Below, one piece after another: positions 1 to 12,169 of a stretch of 64,000 bases of DNA. The DNA is from Mustelus asterias (Eukaryota). The DNA is taken from the NCBI RefSeq assembly GCF_964213995.1, contig NC_135804.1, positions 69,936,001 to 70,000,000 on the forward strand, given 5' to 3'. The translations under genes were made by a program, and so were the position numbers. Under the pieces are notes generated by a model. The model saw only the letters and a list, made by a program, of their open reading frames with translations, ran no database searches and was not told where the DNA came from. Every line of letters begins with the position of its first letter. Position 1 is the first letter of the stretch.

Positions 1-12
1 GAGAAAGCTCAG

Positions 13-543
13 GTGGTTAGGGGCTGTAAAAGACTGGGCCTTGTGATTGGGGACTCCACAATTAAGGGGACAGATAGGAGGGTCGGAACTAAAGGTAGGG
101 ACTCAGGGTTGGTGTGTTGCCTACCAGGGGCTGGGGTCCGGGATGTGTCTGACAGGGTATTCAGGACTCTTAGGGGGGAGGGAGATAAACCACAAGTTAT
201 TGTACATGTGGGGACACACGACATAGGGAGGATAGGGGAAGGGGATATTAGGCAGGGATTTATGGAGTTGGGGTGGAAACTAAAGGCCAAGACTGACAGA
301 GTGGTTATCTCTGGACTCTTGCCTGTACCACGGGATAGTTTAGAGAGGAATAGGGAGAGGGAAGGTTTGAATTCATGGCTGAGGGGATGGTGCAGGAGGG
401 AGGGGTTCAGGTACTTAAGCAATTGGGGCTCGTACTGGGGAAGGTGTGACCTCTATGAGAAGGATGGTCTACACCTTAATCAGAAGGGGACCAATATCCT
501 GGGGGGTAAATTTGCTAAGGCCATGCAGGGAGGTTTAAACTGA
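13..543 (+). CDS. CR1 ORF1, SGNH/GDSL esterase-like domain (5' partial)
   Basis: VIGDS, PGA, HVGTHD and DGLHLN blocks. Confidence 0.85.
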   Translation: MVRGCKRLGLVIGDSTIKGTDRRVGTKGRDSGLVCCLPGAGVRDVSDRVFRTLRGEGDKPQVIVHVGTHDIGRIGEGDIRQGFMELGWKLKAKTDRVVISGLLPVPRDSLERNREREGLNSWLRGWCRREGFRYLSNWGSYWGRCDLYEKDGLHLNQKGTNILGGKFAKAMQGGLN

Positions 544-594
544 TTCGGGGGGGGGGGAGGGATCCTGAGTAGTGGGGCTGAAAGTGAGGGATGC

Positions 595-3402
595 ATGGAT
601 GGGGACTGCAATGCACGGCATTGCAGAGGTGGGGTGGAGCAGGGTTTGAAATGTGTATACTTCAATGCCAGGAGTATTCGCAATAAAGTGGGTGAACTTG
701 CAGCGTGGATCAGTACCTGGGACTTCGATGTTGTGGCTATTTCAGAGACATGGATAGAGCAGGGGCAGGAATGGATGCTGCAGGTCCCGGGGTTCAAATG
801 TTTTAGTCGAAGTAGGGAAGGAGGTAGAAGAGGGGGAGGGGTAGCATTATTGGTCAGAGATTGTATCACAGTGTCAGAGAGGAGGTTTGATGAGGACTTA
901 TCTGTTGAGGTAGTATGGGCGGAGATTAGAAATAGGAGAGGAGAGGTCACCCTGTTGGGAGTCTTTTATAGACCTCCTAAAAGTTCTAGAGAGGTTGAGG
1001 AAAGGATTGCGGAGTCAATCCTGCTTAGGAGTGAAAGTAATAGGGCAATTGTTATGGGGGATTTTAACTTGACTAATATTGACTGGAATTGTTATAGCTC
1101 TAGCTCGTTAGAGGGGTCAGTTTTTGTTCAAAGCGTGCAGGAAGGTTTTTTGACTCAGTATGTAGACAGGCCAACTAGAGGTGAGGCTATATTGGATCTG
1201 GTGCTGGGAAATGAGCCAGACCAGGTGCTAGACTTGGAAGTTGGTGTGCATTTTGGTGATAGTGACCACAATTCGGTTACGTTCACCTTAGTGATGGAAA
1301 GGGATAGGCATGAACCTCGGGCCAGTGGTTTTAGCTGGGGGAAGGGTAATTATGAGGCTATTAGGAGAGAATTAGGAAACATAGGTTGGACTAGGAGATT
1401 ACAGGGACTGGGAACGTCCGACATGTGGAGTTTTTTCAAGGAGCAGCTACTGCGAGTCTGTGATAGGTATGTCCCTGTCAGGCAAGGAGGAATTGGTAGG
1501 GCTAGGGAACCGTGGTGCACCAAAAAAGTTTCTTTGTTGGTTAAAAAGAAAAAGGAGGCTTATGTTCGGATGAGACGTGAGCACTCGGGTAGTGCACTAG
1601 AAAGCTTTAGATTGGCTAAGAGGGAGTTGAAGAGCGAGCTTAGAAGGGCTAAAAGGGGACATGAGAAGACTTTGGCGGATAGGGTTAAAGAGAATCCTAA
1701 GGCGTTCTATAGGTATGTCAAGAACAGAAGGTTGGTTAGGGCAAGTTTAGGGCCAGTTATAGATGGCAGAGGGAAGTTATGTGTGGAACCGGAGGAGATT
1801 GGTGAAGCATTGAACCAATATTTCTCTTCGGTGTTCACGCAAGGGGACATGAATATAGCTGAGGAGGACACTGGGTTGCAAGGGAGTAGAATAGACAGTA
1901 TTACAGTTGATAAGGAGGATGTGCAGGATATTCTGGAGGGTCTGAAAATAGATAAATCCCCTGGTCCGGATGGGATTTATCCAAGGATTCTCTGGGAGGC
2001 AAGAGAAGTGATTGCAGAGCCTCTGGCTCTGATCTTCAGGTCGTCGTTGGCCTCTGGTATAGTACCAGAAGATTGGAGGTTAGCGAATGTTGTCCCATTG
2101 TTTAAGAAGGGGAACAGAGACTTCCCCGGGAATTATAGACCGGTGAGTCTCACTTCTGTTGTCGGCAAGATGTTGGAAAAAATTATAAGGGATAGGATTT
2201 ATAGTTATTTGGAGAGTAATGAATTGATAGGTGATAGTCAGCATGGTTTTGTGGCAGGTAGGTCGTGCCTTACTAACCTTATTGAGTTTTTTGAGAAAGT
2301 GACCAAGGAGGTGGATGGGGGCAAGGCAGTGGACGTGGTATATATGGATTTTAGTAAGGTTCACCATGGTAGGCTTCTGCAGAAAATGCAGATGTATGGG
2401 ATTGGGGGTGATCTAGGAAATTGGATCAGGAATTGGCTAGCGGATAGGAAACAGAGGGTGGTGGTTGATAGTAAATATTCATCATGGAGTGCGGTTACAA
2501 GTGGTGTACCTCAGGGATCTGTTTTGGGGCCACTGCTGTTTGTAATATTTATTAATGATCTGGATGAGGGTATAGTTGGGTGGATTAGCAAATTTGCTGA
2601 TGACACCAAAGTCGGTGGTGTGGTAGACAGTGAGGAAGGGTGTCGTAGTTTGCAGGAAGACTTAGACAGGTTGCAAAGTTGGGCCGAGAGGTGGCGGATG
2701 GAGTTTAATGCGGAGAAGTGTGAGGTAATTCACTTTGGTAGGAATAACAGATGTGTTGAGTATAGGGCTAACGGGAGGACTTTGAATAGTGTGGAGGAGC
2801 AGAGGGATCTAGGTGTATGTGTGCATAGATCCCTGAAAGTTGGGAATCAAGTAGATAAGGTTGTTAAGAAGGCATATGGTGTCTTGGCGTTTATTGGTAG
2901 GGGGATTGAATTTAGGAGTCGTAGCGTTATGTTGCAACTGTACACAACTCTGGTGCGGCCGCACTTGGAGTACTGTGTGCAGTTCTGGTCCCCACATTAC
3001 AGGAAGGATGTGGAGGCTTTGGAGAGGGTGCAGAGGAGGTTTACCAGGATGTTGCCTGGTATGGAGGGGAGATCCTATGAGGAGAGGCTGAGGGATTTGG
3101 GATTGTTTTCGCTGGAAAGGCGGCGGCTAAGAGGGGATCTTATTGAAACATATAAGATGATTAGAGGTTTAGATAGGGTGGATAGTGATAGCCTTTTTCC
3201 TCTGATGGAGAAATCCAGCACGAGGGGGCATGGCTTTAAATTGAGGGGGGGTAGTTATAGAACCGATGTCAGGGGTAGGTTCTTTACCCAGAGGGTGGTG
3301 AGGGATTGGAATGCCCTGCCAGCATCAGTAGTAAATGCGCCTAGTTTGGGGGCGTTTAAGAGATCCGTAGATAGGTTCATGGACGAAAAGAAATTGGTTT
3401 AG
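595..3402 (+). CDS. CR1 ORF2: AP endonuclease + reverse transcriptase
   Basis: NARS, SETW, GGGV, YRPP, GDFN, SDH (APE); SPGPDG, NYRPVSL, QHGF, GVPQGSVLGP, FADD (RT). Motif A lacks AFDK. Confidence 0.95.
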   Translation: MDGDCNARHCRGGVEQGLKCVYFNARSIRNKVGELAAWISTWDFDVVAISETWIEQGQEWMLQVPGFKCFSRSREGGRRGGGVALLVRDCITVSERRFDEDLSVEVVWAEIRNRRGEVTLLGVFYRPPKSSREVEERIAESILLRSESNRAIVMGDFNLTNIDWNCYSSSSLEGSVFVQSVQEGFLTQYVDRPTRGEAILDLVLGNEPDQVLDLEVGVHFGDSDHNSVTFTLVMERDRHEPRASGFSWGKGNYEAIRRELGNIGWTRRLQGLGTSDMWSFFKEQLLRVCDRYVPVRQGGIGRAREPWCTKKVSLLVKKKKEAYVRMRREHSGSALESFRLAKRELKSELRRAKRGHEKTLADRVKENPKAFYRYVKNRRLVRASLGPVIDGRGKLCVEPEEIGEALNQYFSSVFTQGDMNIAEEDTGLQGSRIDSITVDKEDVQDILEGLKIDKSPGPDGIYPRILWEAREVIAEPLALIFRSSLASGIVPEDWRLANVVPLFKKGNRDFPGNYRPVSLTSVVGKMLEKIIRDRIYSYLESNELIGDSQHGFVAGRSCLTNLIEFFEKVTKEVDGGKAVDVVYMDFSKVHHGRLLQKMQMYGIGGDLGNWIRNWLADRKQRVVVDSKYSSWSAVTSGVPQGSVLGPLLFVIFINDLDEGIVGWISKFADDTKVGGVVDSEEGCRSLQEDLDRLQSWAERWRMEFNAEKCEVIHFGRNNRCVEYRANGRTLNSVEEQRDLGVCVHRSLKVGNQVDKVVKKAYGVLAFIGRGIEFRSRSVMLQLYTTLVRPHLEYCVQFWSPHYRKDVEALERVQRRFTRMLPGMEGRSYEERLRDLGLFSLERRRLRGDLIETYKMIRGLDRVDSDSLFPLMEKSSTRGHGFKLRGGSYRTDVRGRFFTQRVVRDWNALPASVVNAPSLGAFKRSVDRFMDEKKLV

Positions 3403-4694
3403 GTTGGAGGGTCACAGTTTTTTTTTTTAACTGGTCGGTGCAACATCGTGGGCCGAAGGGCCTGTTCTGTGCTGTAATGTTCTATGTTCTATCACTTTCC
3501 TTATTTAAATCACATACCACACAGCTCCGATCTTTGTATGATGTATTCTTACATTATATCTAATTTGATCATTTGTTTGATCAGGAATGATCCCTCTATA
3601 GGCAGATTGTCTCATAAGGTAAACAACAGTGTTACATGGTCACAGAGCCAGACACAGCTCTTTAAAAGCACAGATAACCAAATGAGCTATCTGTTGTGTT
3701 CAGTCGAATGCTGCAAGATTTTTGAGTCTGGTTGTAAGGCCAGTCACCAACTCTTTCTCTCTCTCTCTCTTTCTCTAGTAATCCAGTTTCACTTCCTGTC
3801 ATGTCAATGTTAATTGTGCAAGTGATTACAAATTATGGAATAAATAGCCTTTTCTCCCACATAATTATGTTTTATCAATATAAAATTGGTTAAGGCTCTC
3901 CAGGATTCGATTCTCTCAGGTATATCCAACCCCTCTAAATTTAAGTCGTTTTTATTTTTAAACTGCTCCAGATCGGAATTCCTGCATTTTAGAACAATAA
4001 CAAGCACAATACATATAACAATAACAATTGTTACTTGATTAGAAATGTTTTGGTTTGATTCCTAGCTGGCTAGGTTTTAAGCTTTGCAGTGTTTTTACAT
4101 CTGGAAAACCTTGAACAATAGATGGCACATGCAATTCCAACAGCAGTATATAATTTTACAGAACTATCATCAATGTGAGATGATTTAACTGATGTAATTT
4201 GTTGCATGTTATCGGAACATCACACAAGTCTTGAATTTCATATTATTATCGTGTTATTTAAAAATAGCTAACTGGTAACACAAGTTCCAACAATTCATGG
4301 TGTTTAAAAATACTCAAGGACAACATATTTGTTTGTATTAACAACTGAGGTTAATCTCCTGCTGTAACTTGGGGTCATCAGACCTACACTTCATTTCACA
4401 ATTTGATACACTTTAAACTGACTCAAAGACAGTATGTTCATCTTATTCTTTTGTTCCTGCTTCTCTTTGTTTTCACAAAATTACTTAGTTTTTTTTAACA
4501 TCTCAACTATACTCTTATTTTAACTTCAAGACAAGGAAAGAGCACATGGTCCTTCCAAGGTTTAACTCCTTGCTCAACATTAAAACATTAAAGCGAACAC
4601 CAACAAAACATTCACACAATCACGTTGTTAAACACACAGATACACTTGGAAGCTTCCAACATTTATTCAGACTTAACATCTTAAACAGTCGCTT

Positions 4695-5214
4695 TTATTC
4701 TGCTGTTTGACTCATAACTGCTATTGGCCACTCGCCAATTGCTTCTTGTTCTAGCGCTAATTGCGCAGCCTTGTCTGCGGCTTGGTTCCCTTTGTATTTT
4801 AACCAGTCGGGGTTGTCCCTCTCTGGTTCCCTTTGGTGCGCTTTAATTTTTATTACTGCCGCTTCTAGGGGTTTTTCGCTAGCTTTTAGTAATGCCTCGA
4901 TCCTTTGTTGATGCTTAATAGGAGTTCCTCCCGTGGTTACAAACCCCCAGGCCGTCATATAATTCTAGGGCCTGTGTAAGTGCCACTAGTTCTGCTACTT
5001 GGGCAGATAAACTTCCGTCAATCCTTCCTGACTTTACCGTTTCCAATTTGTCAATTACTACTGCCCACCCTGTCCGGGGTGATCCCTCCACGTATTTACG
5101 TGAGCCATCTACAAAAAGGGTCTCCTCAACTATCGCTAAAGGTACGTCCTTCATCCTACGTTCTTCTGTATCCGCATCTACGTCCCCACAGTCATGTGGT
5201 TTCCCTGTATCCAA
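4695..5214 (-). pseudogene. Retroviral-type RNase H fragment (frameshifted, internally deleted)
   Basis: LFVDGS, SAQVAELVALTQAL, KIKAHQ, KGNQAADKAA; the YTDS block expected between the two frames is absent. Confidence 0.85.
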
Positions 5215-7036
5215 AATTCCTTCTGCTGGGTTATCTCCTGTATCTCTTACTATTATGACTGATTTGCTGGGGGAGGGGGGGGGCGGGGGTAGGAGGACGG
5301 CCTCCCATTTGGCCCTTCTGTAACTCCCTTCTCTGTTAAGTTTTGACTCTATATCTTAAGATTACTGCAAGTCTTATAACACAAATTTCCTGTTGCGGAT
5401 TAGATCTATGCGTTTCAGCAGAGAGGCGGAGATGTAAGTTCACTCAGCTGAACATAAATAAGTGATTAATCATCACTTCAAATACGCAGGAGTAATTCTT
5501 TCCATTTATCTTTTCATTGTCAATTCTATCAAAAATACATTTTGCAACAAAAGCCTGATCCAAAAAATCCATTTATGTTCATCACTATTAAAGATCTCTA
5601 CTAATTACGACGTTTACACTTTCTCACAGACTCTCCGGTTTAAGCGCAAGATGAGCGCATAATTAATTATTTCTCTTAAATGGTTAACTCTCCTTACAAC
5701 TCTTCAGCTGTAATGTAATACACAATTGTAAAATGTAATAGTTTATTAAACATTGATCTGCTATACCCTATTCCACCACATGTGGCTCTCGATCGCACAC
5801 TTTCACCCCCCTCTCTCTCTTTCCCTTGTCGAGAGACAGACTGAAACTCACAGACTGCTGGAGTTTTAACCCTTTACTCCCCTCTTAACTGTTCTGTTGT
5901 ACATGTTTTCCGATTGGTACCAGTTTATTCTTTCAACTGGGTCCAGTGTTTCCAGACACCTCTGCCTTGCATATCTATACAGGCACAGGTGTCTCCACTA
6001 ATGATAACCTTGTTGTAACATCTCCTGAGAGGTCGTGTACGGGGCGGGGGGGGGGGGGGGTCCCCAGAGGTTATAGGGCTGTGGGTTGTTTTCTAATGCC
6101 TGATTTCTTTTTTCCAATTCCCTGATTCTGATGTCTAGTTTCTTAATTTTTGCCATGTCCTCATTCTCTATTTCTCCAATTTTGGATTCTAAGTCCTTAA
6201 TTTTATCCTTGTCTTTATTCCACCTTTTGGTCAAATCCTTCACTTGTCCAATTACACCATCTAACTGGTGGACTAATAACACTCCCGTTTTTTCATCTTA
6301 CTCTTTTTCTTCTAAGGTCTGAGAAGCATCCCAGCCATCTTTTGGCATTTCTCTCATCAACGAATGCCTGTGGTTTCGATAAGGGAGCCTGGGATTCCCC
6401 ACTTCATTTCCTCATCTGTCAGCCTAAAGATTCCGACGTTCCCTCTCTCGGGTTTGCTTCCCTATACGGCCACAATTACTCTCTTAGTAACGTGTTTCTT
6501 CCCACCGTTTTTATACGCACGTACTCCCGGCCACCATTACCTTCTCTGTAATGTGTTTCTTCCACCGGAGTCCGGCTCAAAGTAGGAAGTGATTAATTCC
6601 TTCGCATGCTACATTACAACTGAACCGGTAGACTACCAACCCAACTTACATAACCTTAAATACACAAAGACAAAACTCTGCGCTCTTCACCTCTACAGAG
6701 ATTGATGTTAGCCGCCTTCTGCCACTTGTGCCTCACAAACCTAAGTGTCCTTGGTGTCTCTTTACCTCTTCAATACTTGACCATTTCCCTCTTAACGTCC
6801 GATCTAAGGTGAGCTCAGAGACAGGCACTACCTTGTCCTTGTCGATCAGCACAAGTCACAGTTACTTATCACTATCAATAGTTAATACTTATCACTATCC
6901 CTTATCACTATATCACAAATTCCCCAAATTTTACCCCAGAAAACTACACCGTTGACTCAGTCTGACTCCTACAGATTCGATGATCTCTATTCCGGCTTCC
7001 GATCGTGGCCACCGATCGGACGTACCAGTAATACAG

Positions 7037-7054
7037 ACCCAGCCGACTACGTCA
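7037..7054 (-). promoter_or_regulatory. Primer binding site, tRNA-Ser-like (ERV copy A)
   Basis: Minus strand TGACGTAGTCGGCTGGGT, 2 nt after the LTR end CAACA; resembles the tRNA-Ser complement TGGCGTAGTCGGCAGGAT. Confidence 0.65.
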
Positions 7055-7056
7055 TT

Positions 7057-7605
7057 TGTTGTGGGAAAAGTCACCACTCGGAGATCAGACTTGAGATTCA
7101 ACTTGCAGTTTATTAAATCGAAGCTTCGGTAGTATCTCTGGGCAGAGTTCCTCAATCTGGCTTGGCAGCAAGTGCATTTATATACGTTAAAACATGCAAC
7201 ATCAGCTGTTTTGCATCAAGCCGTACGCGGTTACATACTTTGGCCAATTGTGGCCCCTTGACAATAGCCAGTTACCAATAACTCCCAATCACATTTCGTT
7301 GTAAACAACTCATACCTCATAGTTTCACTTCCTCCTTTCAGGCCATCTGCCCCTGAGGTAGTTGATTATTTCTGGTCCTTTGCTGTCTGACCATTCCTGC
7401 TTGCTCGGCATTTTTACACTAAAATGAGACATGGCTCACCCCAGCTTGTCACTGCGTCAAGGCTCGAGTGTTTGTGGTTAATCACAGAGTGCAAAAGTTA
7501 CATAGACAACTTTTTTTGTCTTAAAAAGTTTTACATTCACAATGATGGCTTAAAAAGTTTTAAAGTCACAATAATGGCTTGAACAGTCACAATTTTACTC
7601 CAACA
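7057..7605 (-). repeat. 5' LTR of ERV-like copy A
   Basis: TGTTG...CAACA termini, minus-strand TATA-like (~7180) and AATAAA (7109-7114), adjacent PBS. Confidence 0.7.
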
Positions 7606-8118
7606 CAATAATGGCTGATACATTTCTCAATCCCATTCTCCTGCCTTTTCCCATAATGTTTGATCCCATTACCAATCAAGAATCTATCTATCTATGTTTT
7701 AAATATACTGAATGACCTGGCCTCCGCAGCCTTCTATGGCAATGAATTCCATAGCTTCACCACCCTCTAGCTGAAGAAATTCCTCCTCATCTCGGTTCTA
7801 AAGTCCCTTTATTCTGAGGCTGTGCCCTCAGATCCCTAGTCCCGCCTACTAATAGGAACATCTTCCATTAGTCCACTCCATCCAGTCCTTTCAGCATTCT
7901 GTAAGTTTCAATCACATCCCGTAATTCTTCTATACTACACCGAGTACGGACCCAGAGTCCAAAAATGCTCCTCATATGTTAAGCTTTTCATTCTTGGGAT
8001 CATTCTCGTGAGACTCCTCTGGACCATCTCCAGGGCCAGCACATTCTTCCTTAGATATCAGGCCCAACATTGCTCATAATACTCCAAATGTGGTCTGACC
8101 AGAGCCTTATAAAGTCTC
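7606..8118 (-). mobile_element. CR1 3' fragment, decayed
   Basis: Reverse complement of ORF2 C-terminal and 3' UTR sequence. Confidence 0.75.
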
Positions 8119-8454
8119 AGAAACCCTACAGTACAGAAAGAGGCCATTTGGCCGATCGAGTCTGCACCGACCACAATCCCACCCAGGCCCTACCCCAATA
8201 TCCCTACATATTGTACCCACTAATCCCTCTAATCTACGCATCCCAGGACACTAAGGGGCAATTTTAGCATGGCCAATCAACCTAACCTGCACATCTTTGG
8301 ACTGTGGGAGGAAACCGGAGCACCCGGAGGAAACCCACGCAGACACGAGGAGAATGTGCAAACTCCACACAGACAGTGACCCAAGCTGGGAATCGAACCC
8401 AGGTCCCTGGAGCTGTGAAGCAGCAGTGCTAACCACTGTGCCACCGTGCCGCCC
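8119..8454 (-). mobile_element. tRNA-derived V-domain SINE (shark HE1-type)
   Basis: A box TGGCACAGTGG, B box GGTTCGATTCC, central GTGGAGTTTGCACATTCTC...GGTTTCCTCCCACAGTCCAAAGA block, CR1-like 3' tail. Confidence 0.9.
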
Positions 8455-10889
8455 CACATGGTTCCTTCCAAGGTTTAAATCCTTTCTTAAATTTCAATTT
8501 ACTTTCCAATTTTATTTAAACTCTTTATCAAACCTACTGTTGTAAAATCACAATTAGGGTAAGAACATTAAAACATTAAAGCAAACAAAACATCCACGCA
8601 ACCACTTTGTTTAAACACACACAGACGCACATGGAAGCTTCCAACAGTCATTCCACAGCACGTCCTTTTTCATTCAAACTGGGATGTAAGTAATACATTT
8701 AAAGAGAATACAGAACGTTGATTAAGACAGTCCCTTTTATTGTTCTTTCTTCCAAACTGTAAACAGAAGTAAATTCAAGAAATCTTACCACTTTAATCTT
8801 TAACAGTCTTAAAACTTCCTCCAGCCCCCCTGAGGCTAAATCGAAGTGCAAAGCACTGCACCCACTGCCTGCAACAAACACTCCACAGGAACAAACAGGC
8901 TTCAGCTCCTGTTCTCAATCTAATACAACAACAACCACCTACATTCGACAAGCTACCAGATCACACAGACACACTGAAATACAGAAACTAAGATCTCTCC
9001 TATCCACCTCCAGGTATGCCACTAGCCCATTCTAACAACTCATCGTAATCTTGGGACATTATCACTACCATTTTCAGGATGACCTGGTGAGCGCGGGAGA
9101 GTCCATCCTTAAAAGACTGGATGAACGCTCGATCCCCCGACCTGTGTTCCCTTGTCCTGAACACTCTTGGTATATCTGAAACAATTGTTCCCCGTATTCA
9201 GAAGCTCCTTCCCCTTTTAACTGTTTTGTTGTGGTAATTCTGCACCAGTTAGTGGGAGCATTCCCTAATACCCTCTGAATCTCTGCTTTAAACTGGGTGA
9301 AGGGTGCCTGTTGGGCATCTATCTCCTATGTTAGGGTGACTGCATGTGTCCACCGTCCCCCATTATAATCATGTGCTGGAGGAGCGGCGGGTCCACCTGC
9401 TACCTGCCTCCACTTATCCGCTGGACAGGCTGCCCTGAACTGCTTCTCCAGTTCCCTCACTTGGGATTCTAATTCTCTAATCCTTTCTTTATCTTCTCTC
9501 CACTTCTTCGTTGAGGCGACTACTTGCTCAATTAGACCAGCTAACTGATGTGTTAACATTACTCCTATCTTCTATGTCTCTCAGGTGTAATTGGTGTCCT
9601 ACCCAGATTGTGTCTAATTCTTCCCAGAATTTAGTGTTTGCACTTCTCGGTTGTAATTTACCCAGGGAAGCCATTATCTGTTGTCTCTTACCTGGGGTGA
9701 AGGGTTGATAAGTTGCCTTTGGTCACGCATTTGTACCCCTCGGGTTACGGGTGCTAAGTTGTGTTCTGGCGCTTCCCACTCCTCTGGGGGAGCGGTTGTT
9801 CCCTGCTGTGTGGACTCATAAGGAGGTAGAGGAACAGTTTCCCCTCTCCATTGCTTTTCTTCTAATACCTGGTTTTGCTTCTCCAGTTCCCTCACTTGGG
9901 ATTCTAATTCTCTAATCCTTTCTTTATCTTCTCTCCACTTCTTCGTTGAGGCGACTACTTGCTCAATTAGACCAGCTAACTGATGTGTTAACATTACTCC
10001 TATCTTCTATGTCTTGTTTCTCTTTCCTTTATCTATCCACTCTCTCTCTGCTGCTCTAAGGTGTGAGAAGTATCCCAGCCATCCTTTTGCATTCTCTTTA
10101 TTAACTCTTTCCTGTCTGTCATGTAAATTTCAATGAGGGATCCTGCAGGTCCCCTTTTAACTTCATTATCTGCCATTTTGCAGACTTCACTAACCCCGGC
10201 CACGATTACTCCCTAGTAAAGTGTGCTCTCTACCGTAGGGACTTCACTACCCCCCCCCCCCCCCCCCCCCCCCCCCGGCCACTATTACGACTCAAGCACC
10301 GTGTTTCACTACCGTTACAGGATTTCAAGTTATACTCACGGCTTCCACTATTACCACCTCGGCAATGTGCTTCTCCACCAGAGTCCGGTTTAGGTCAGAG
10401 TTGATCAAGCTCATTTTCCTCCCCGCTTTTCACAACATTGACAGTACAGTTCACAACTTTTCAAACTTTCATGCAATCAGATAATAACTCTGTGTTTGTT
10501 CGCCACTACAAAATTTGATGTTAACTAATCTCTACCACTTGTGCTTCACAATCCTAAGTGCCCTTGGTGTCTCTTGCCACACTTCAATCTCCTGACCTTC
10601 GCGTGGGAGATTCCTCCTCTCAACAACCGGCCTAAGGCAGGGTTTTGAGACAGGCACTACCTTGTCCTCTTTGTCGGTCAGCACAAGCAACAGTTACTTA
10701 TCACTATCAGCAGTTAGCATTTATCACTATATCATATACAACAATACTTATTACTACAAATACCCTTTAAATTTAACCCCTTAAGTTTAACCCCTTGAAA
10801 ACTGTACTCTTGACCTTGTCTGACTCTCACAGATTCAGTGATCTCTACCCCGGCTCCGATCGTGGCCAATCGATCTCACCAGTCATAGG

Positions 10890-10908
10890 ATCCTAGCCGA
10901 CTAGGCCA
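10890..10908 (-). promoter_or_regulatory. Primer binding site, tRNA-Ser-like (ERV copy B)
   Basis: Minus strand TGGCCTAGTCGGCTAGGAT next to the LTR end. Confidence 0.7.
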
Positions 10909-10910
10909 AT

Positions 10911-11551
10911 TTTTGTGGGAAAAATGCCACTTTGTGAGTCAGGCTTGAAGGTTTCAACAATACAGTTTTATTTAACGAAGCTTCATGGAGAAAAGACACT
11001 GGCACTCCACAGTGCTTCCAGACAGCTACCTTCTCTCAATGAGACAATAGGAGCGGTCCATCTTTATACCCTTTACACAATATATGGACCGGACATCTAG
11101 CCATTATCACATCATTGTAATCAAGTGATCGATCGTTAAACACATCGTTATAGACAAATACAGACAGATACAGACATAAGCATGTTAACATCGCATTGTT
11201 CTATGAATGGATACATTTCCTGTGTCAGTGACTATCAATGACTTTAGTTTCTGTCTATTCATACAGTAGTTTACAGTAATTGGTTTTCCTGCAGTTATGT
11301 ATTCCCGATCCCACCTGTAGTTAATCTCATTGTCTATCCCTATTGTCCTTATCTTTAAGCCCTGGCTGGCTTCCTGTAGGATTTGATTCCTGCATGTTTA
11401 ACTTTGGATAGCTGTCTGTCCTTTATGTTTGAATCTCAGGTGGCTGTTTGTACTGAAAGTCAATGTCCGTTTAATGTCTCTTTCCCAGGTGAATGTTTGT
11501 GTGCCAGGCAACCATCTTATGTGTACCCATCTGTATATTTTTCCTCCTTCA
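10911..11551 (-). repeat. 5' LTR of ERV-like copy B
   Basis: Starts TGAAGG at the junction with a CR1 fragment; minus-strand TATAAA (~11063-11068) and AATAAA (~10967-10972). Confidence 0.65.
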
Positions 11552-11860
11552 GAGTGGATAAGGAGCAGCTGTTCCTCTTAGTTGAAGAGTCAGTGACAAG
11601 GGGACATAGGTTCAAGGTGAGGGGCAGGAGGTTTAGGGATGCTGTGAGGAAAATCTTTTTTTCCCAGAGGGTGGCAGAGGTGGGATGTCTCACATCCTTT
11701 GAAAAGTACCTGGATGAACACTTGACATCTCATAACATTCAAGGTTATGGGCCAAGTGCTGGTAGATGGGATCAGATGAAAGTTCAGGTGTTGCCTATGT
11801 GTTCGTGCAGTCTTGATGGGTGGAATGGCCTCTTCTGCACTGTATGATTCTACAGTTCTA
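11552..11860 (+). mobile_element. CR1 3' fragment
   Basis: RVDKEQLF...TRGHRFKV...FFSQRV plus CR1-type tail. Confidence 0.8.
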
Positions 11861-12169
11861 TGACATAACATTGACATACTTGATGTACTAGCTAATGCAA
11901 GGCACAAACTAACATTGAAAAACTACAATCCCAAACAATGTGCTTGCATAGACAGAGAGACATTTACAAACTTCGGAAAACTTCGTACTCACTCTGCCTT
12001 CGAAATGAAAGTAGCACTCTTCATATGAAAGCCTCAATGATTTTGCTTATGCAACAGTGTGCAACGAGCAGCTAAGTTCTCGAGCTCCAGTCTTGAAGAA
12101 TTCAGATGCATAAAATATATCTCCACACTCAACTACTCCAAGTGTTGCCTTTTCTTTCTGAGTTTTTAG

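Larger units (their letters stand above)
1..3492 (+). mobile_element. CR1-clade LINE, near full length (ORF1 3' part + ORF2 + 3' tail); 5' end outside window
   Basis: ORF1 esterase motifs, 935-aa APE-RT ORF2, and a 3' UTR ending gggccgaagggcctgttctgtgctgtaatgttctatgttctat typical of CR1 tails. Confidence 0.95.
4540..7605 (-). mobile_element. ERV-like LTR element copy A, internally deleted (LTR, PBS, gag fragment, RNase H fragment); left boundary uncertain
   Basis: LTR 7057-7605, PBS, coiled-coil/PPPPPPAPY gag-like piece 5998-6282, RNase H pieces 4695-5214; shares segments with copy B. Confidence 0.75.
8455..11551 (-). mobile_element. ERV-like LTR element copy B (LTR, PBS, decayed gag with MHR-like segment; pol absent)
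   Basis: LTR ~10911-11551, PBS 10890-10908, gag pieces with LPPY and TNWCRITTTKQLKGEGASEYGEQLFQIYQECSG (~9160-9260); leader similar to copy A. Confidence 0.75.

Noticed and set aside
8119-8454. tRNA genes at SINE heads
   Set aside because: A/B boxes belong to multi-copy SINEs with V-domain and LINE tail; no complete cloverleaf supported
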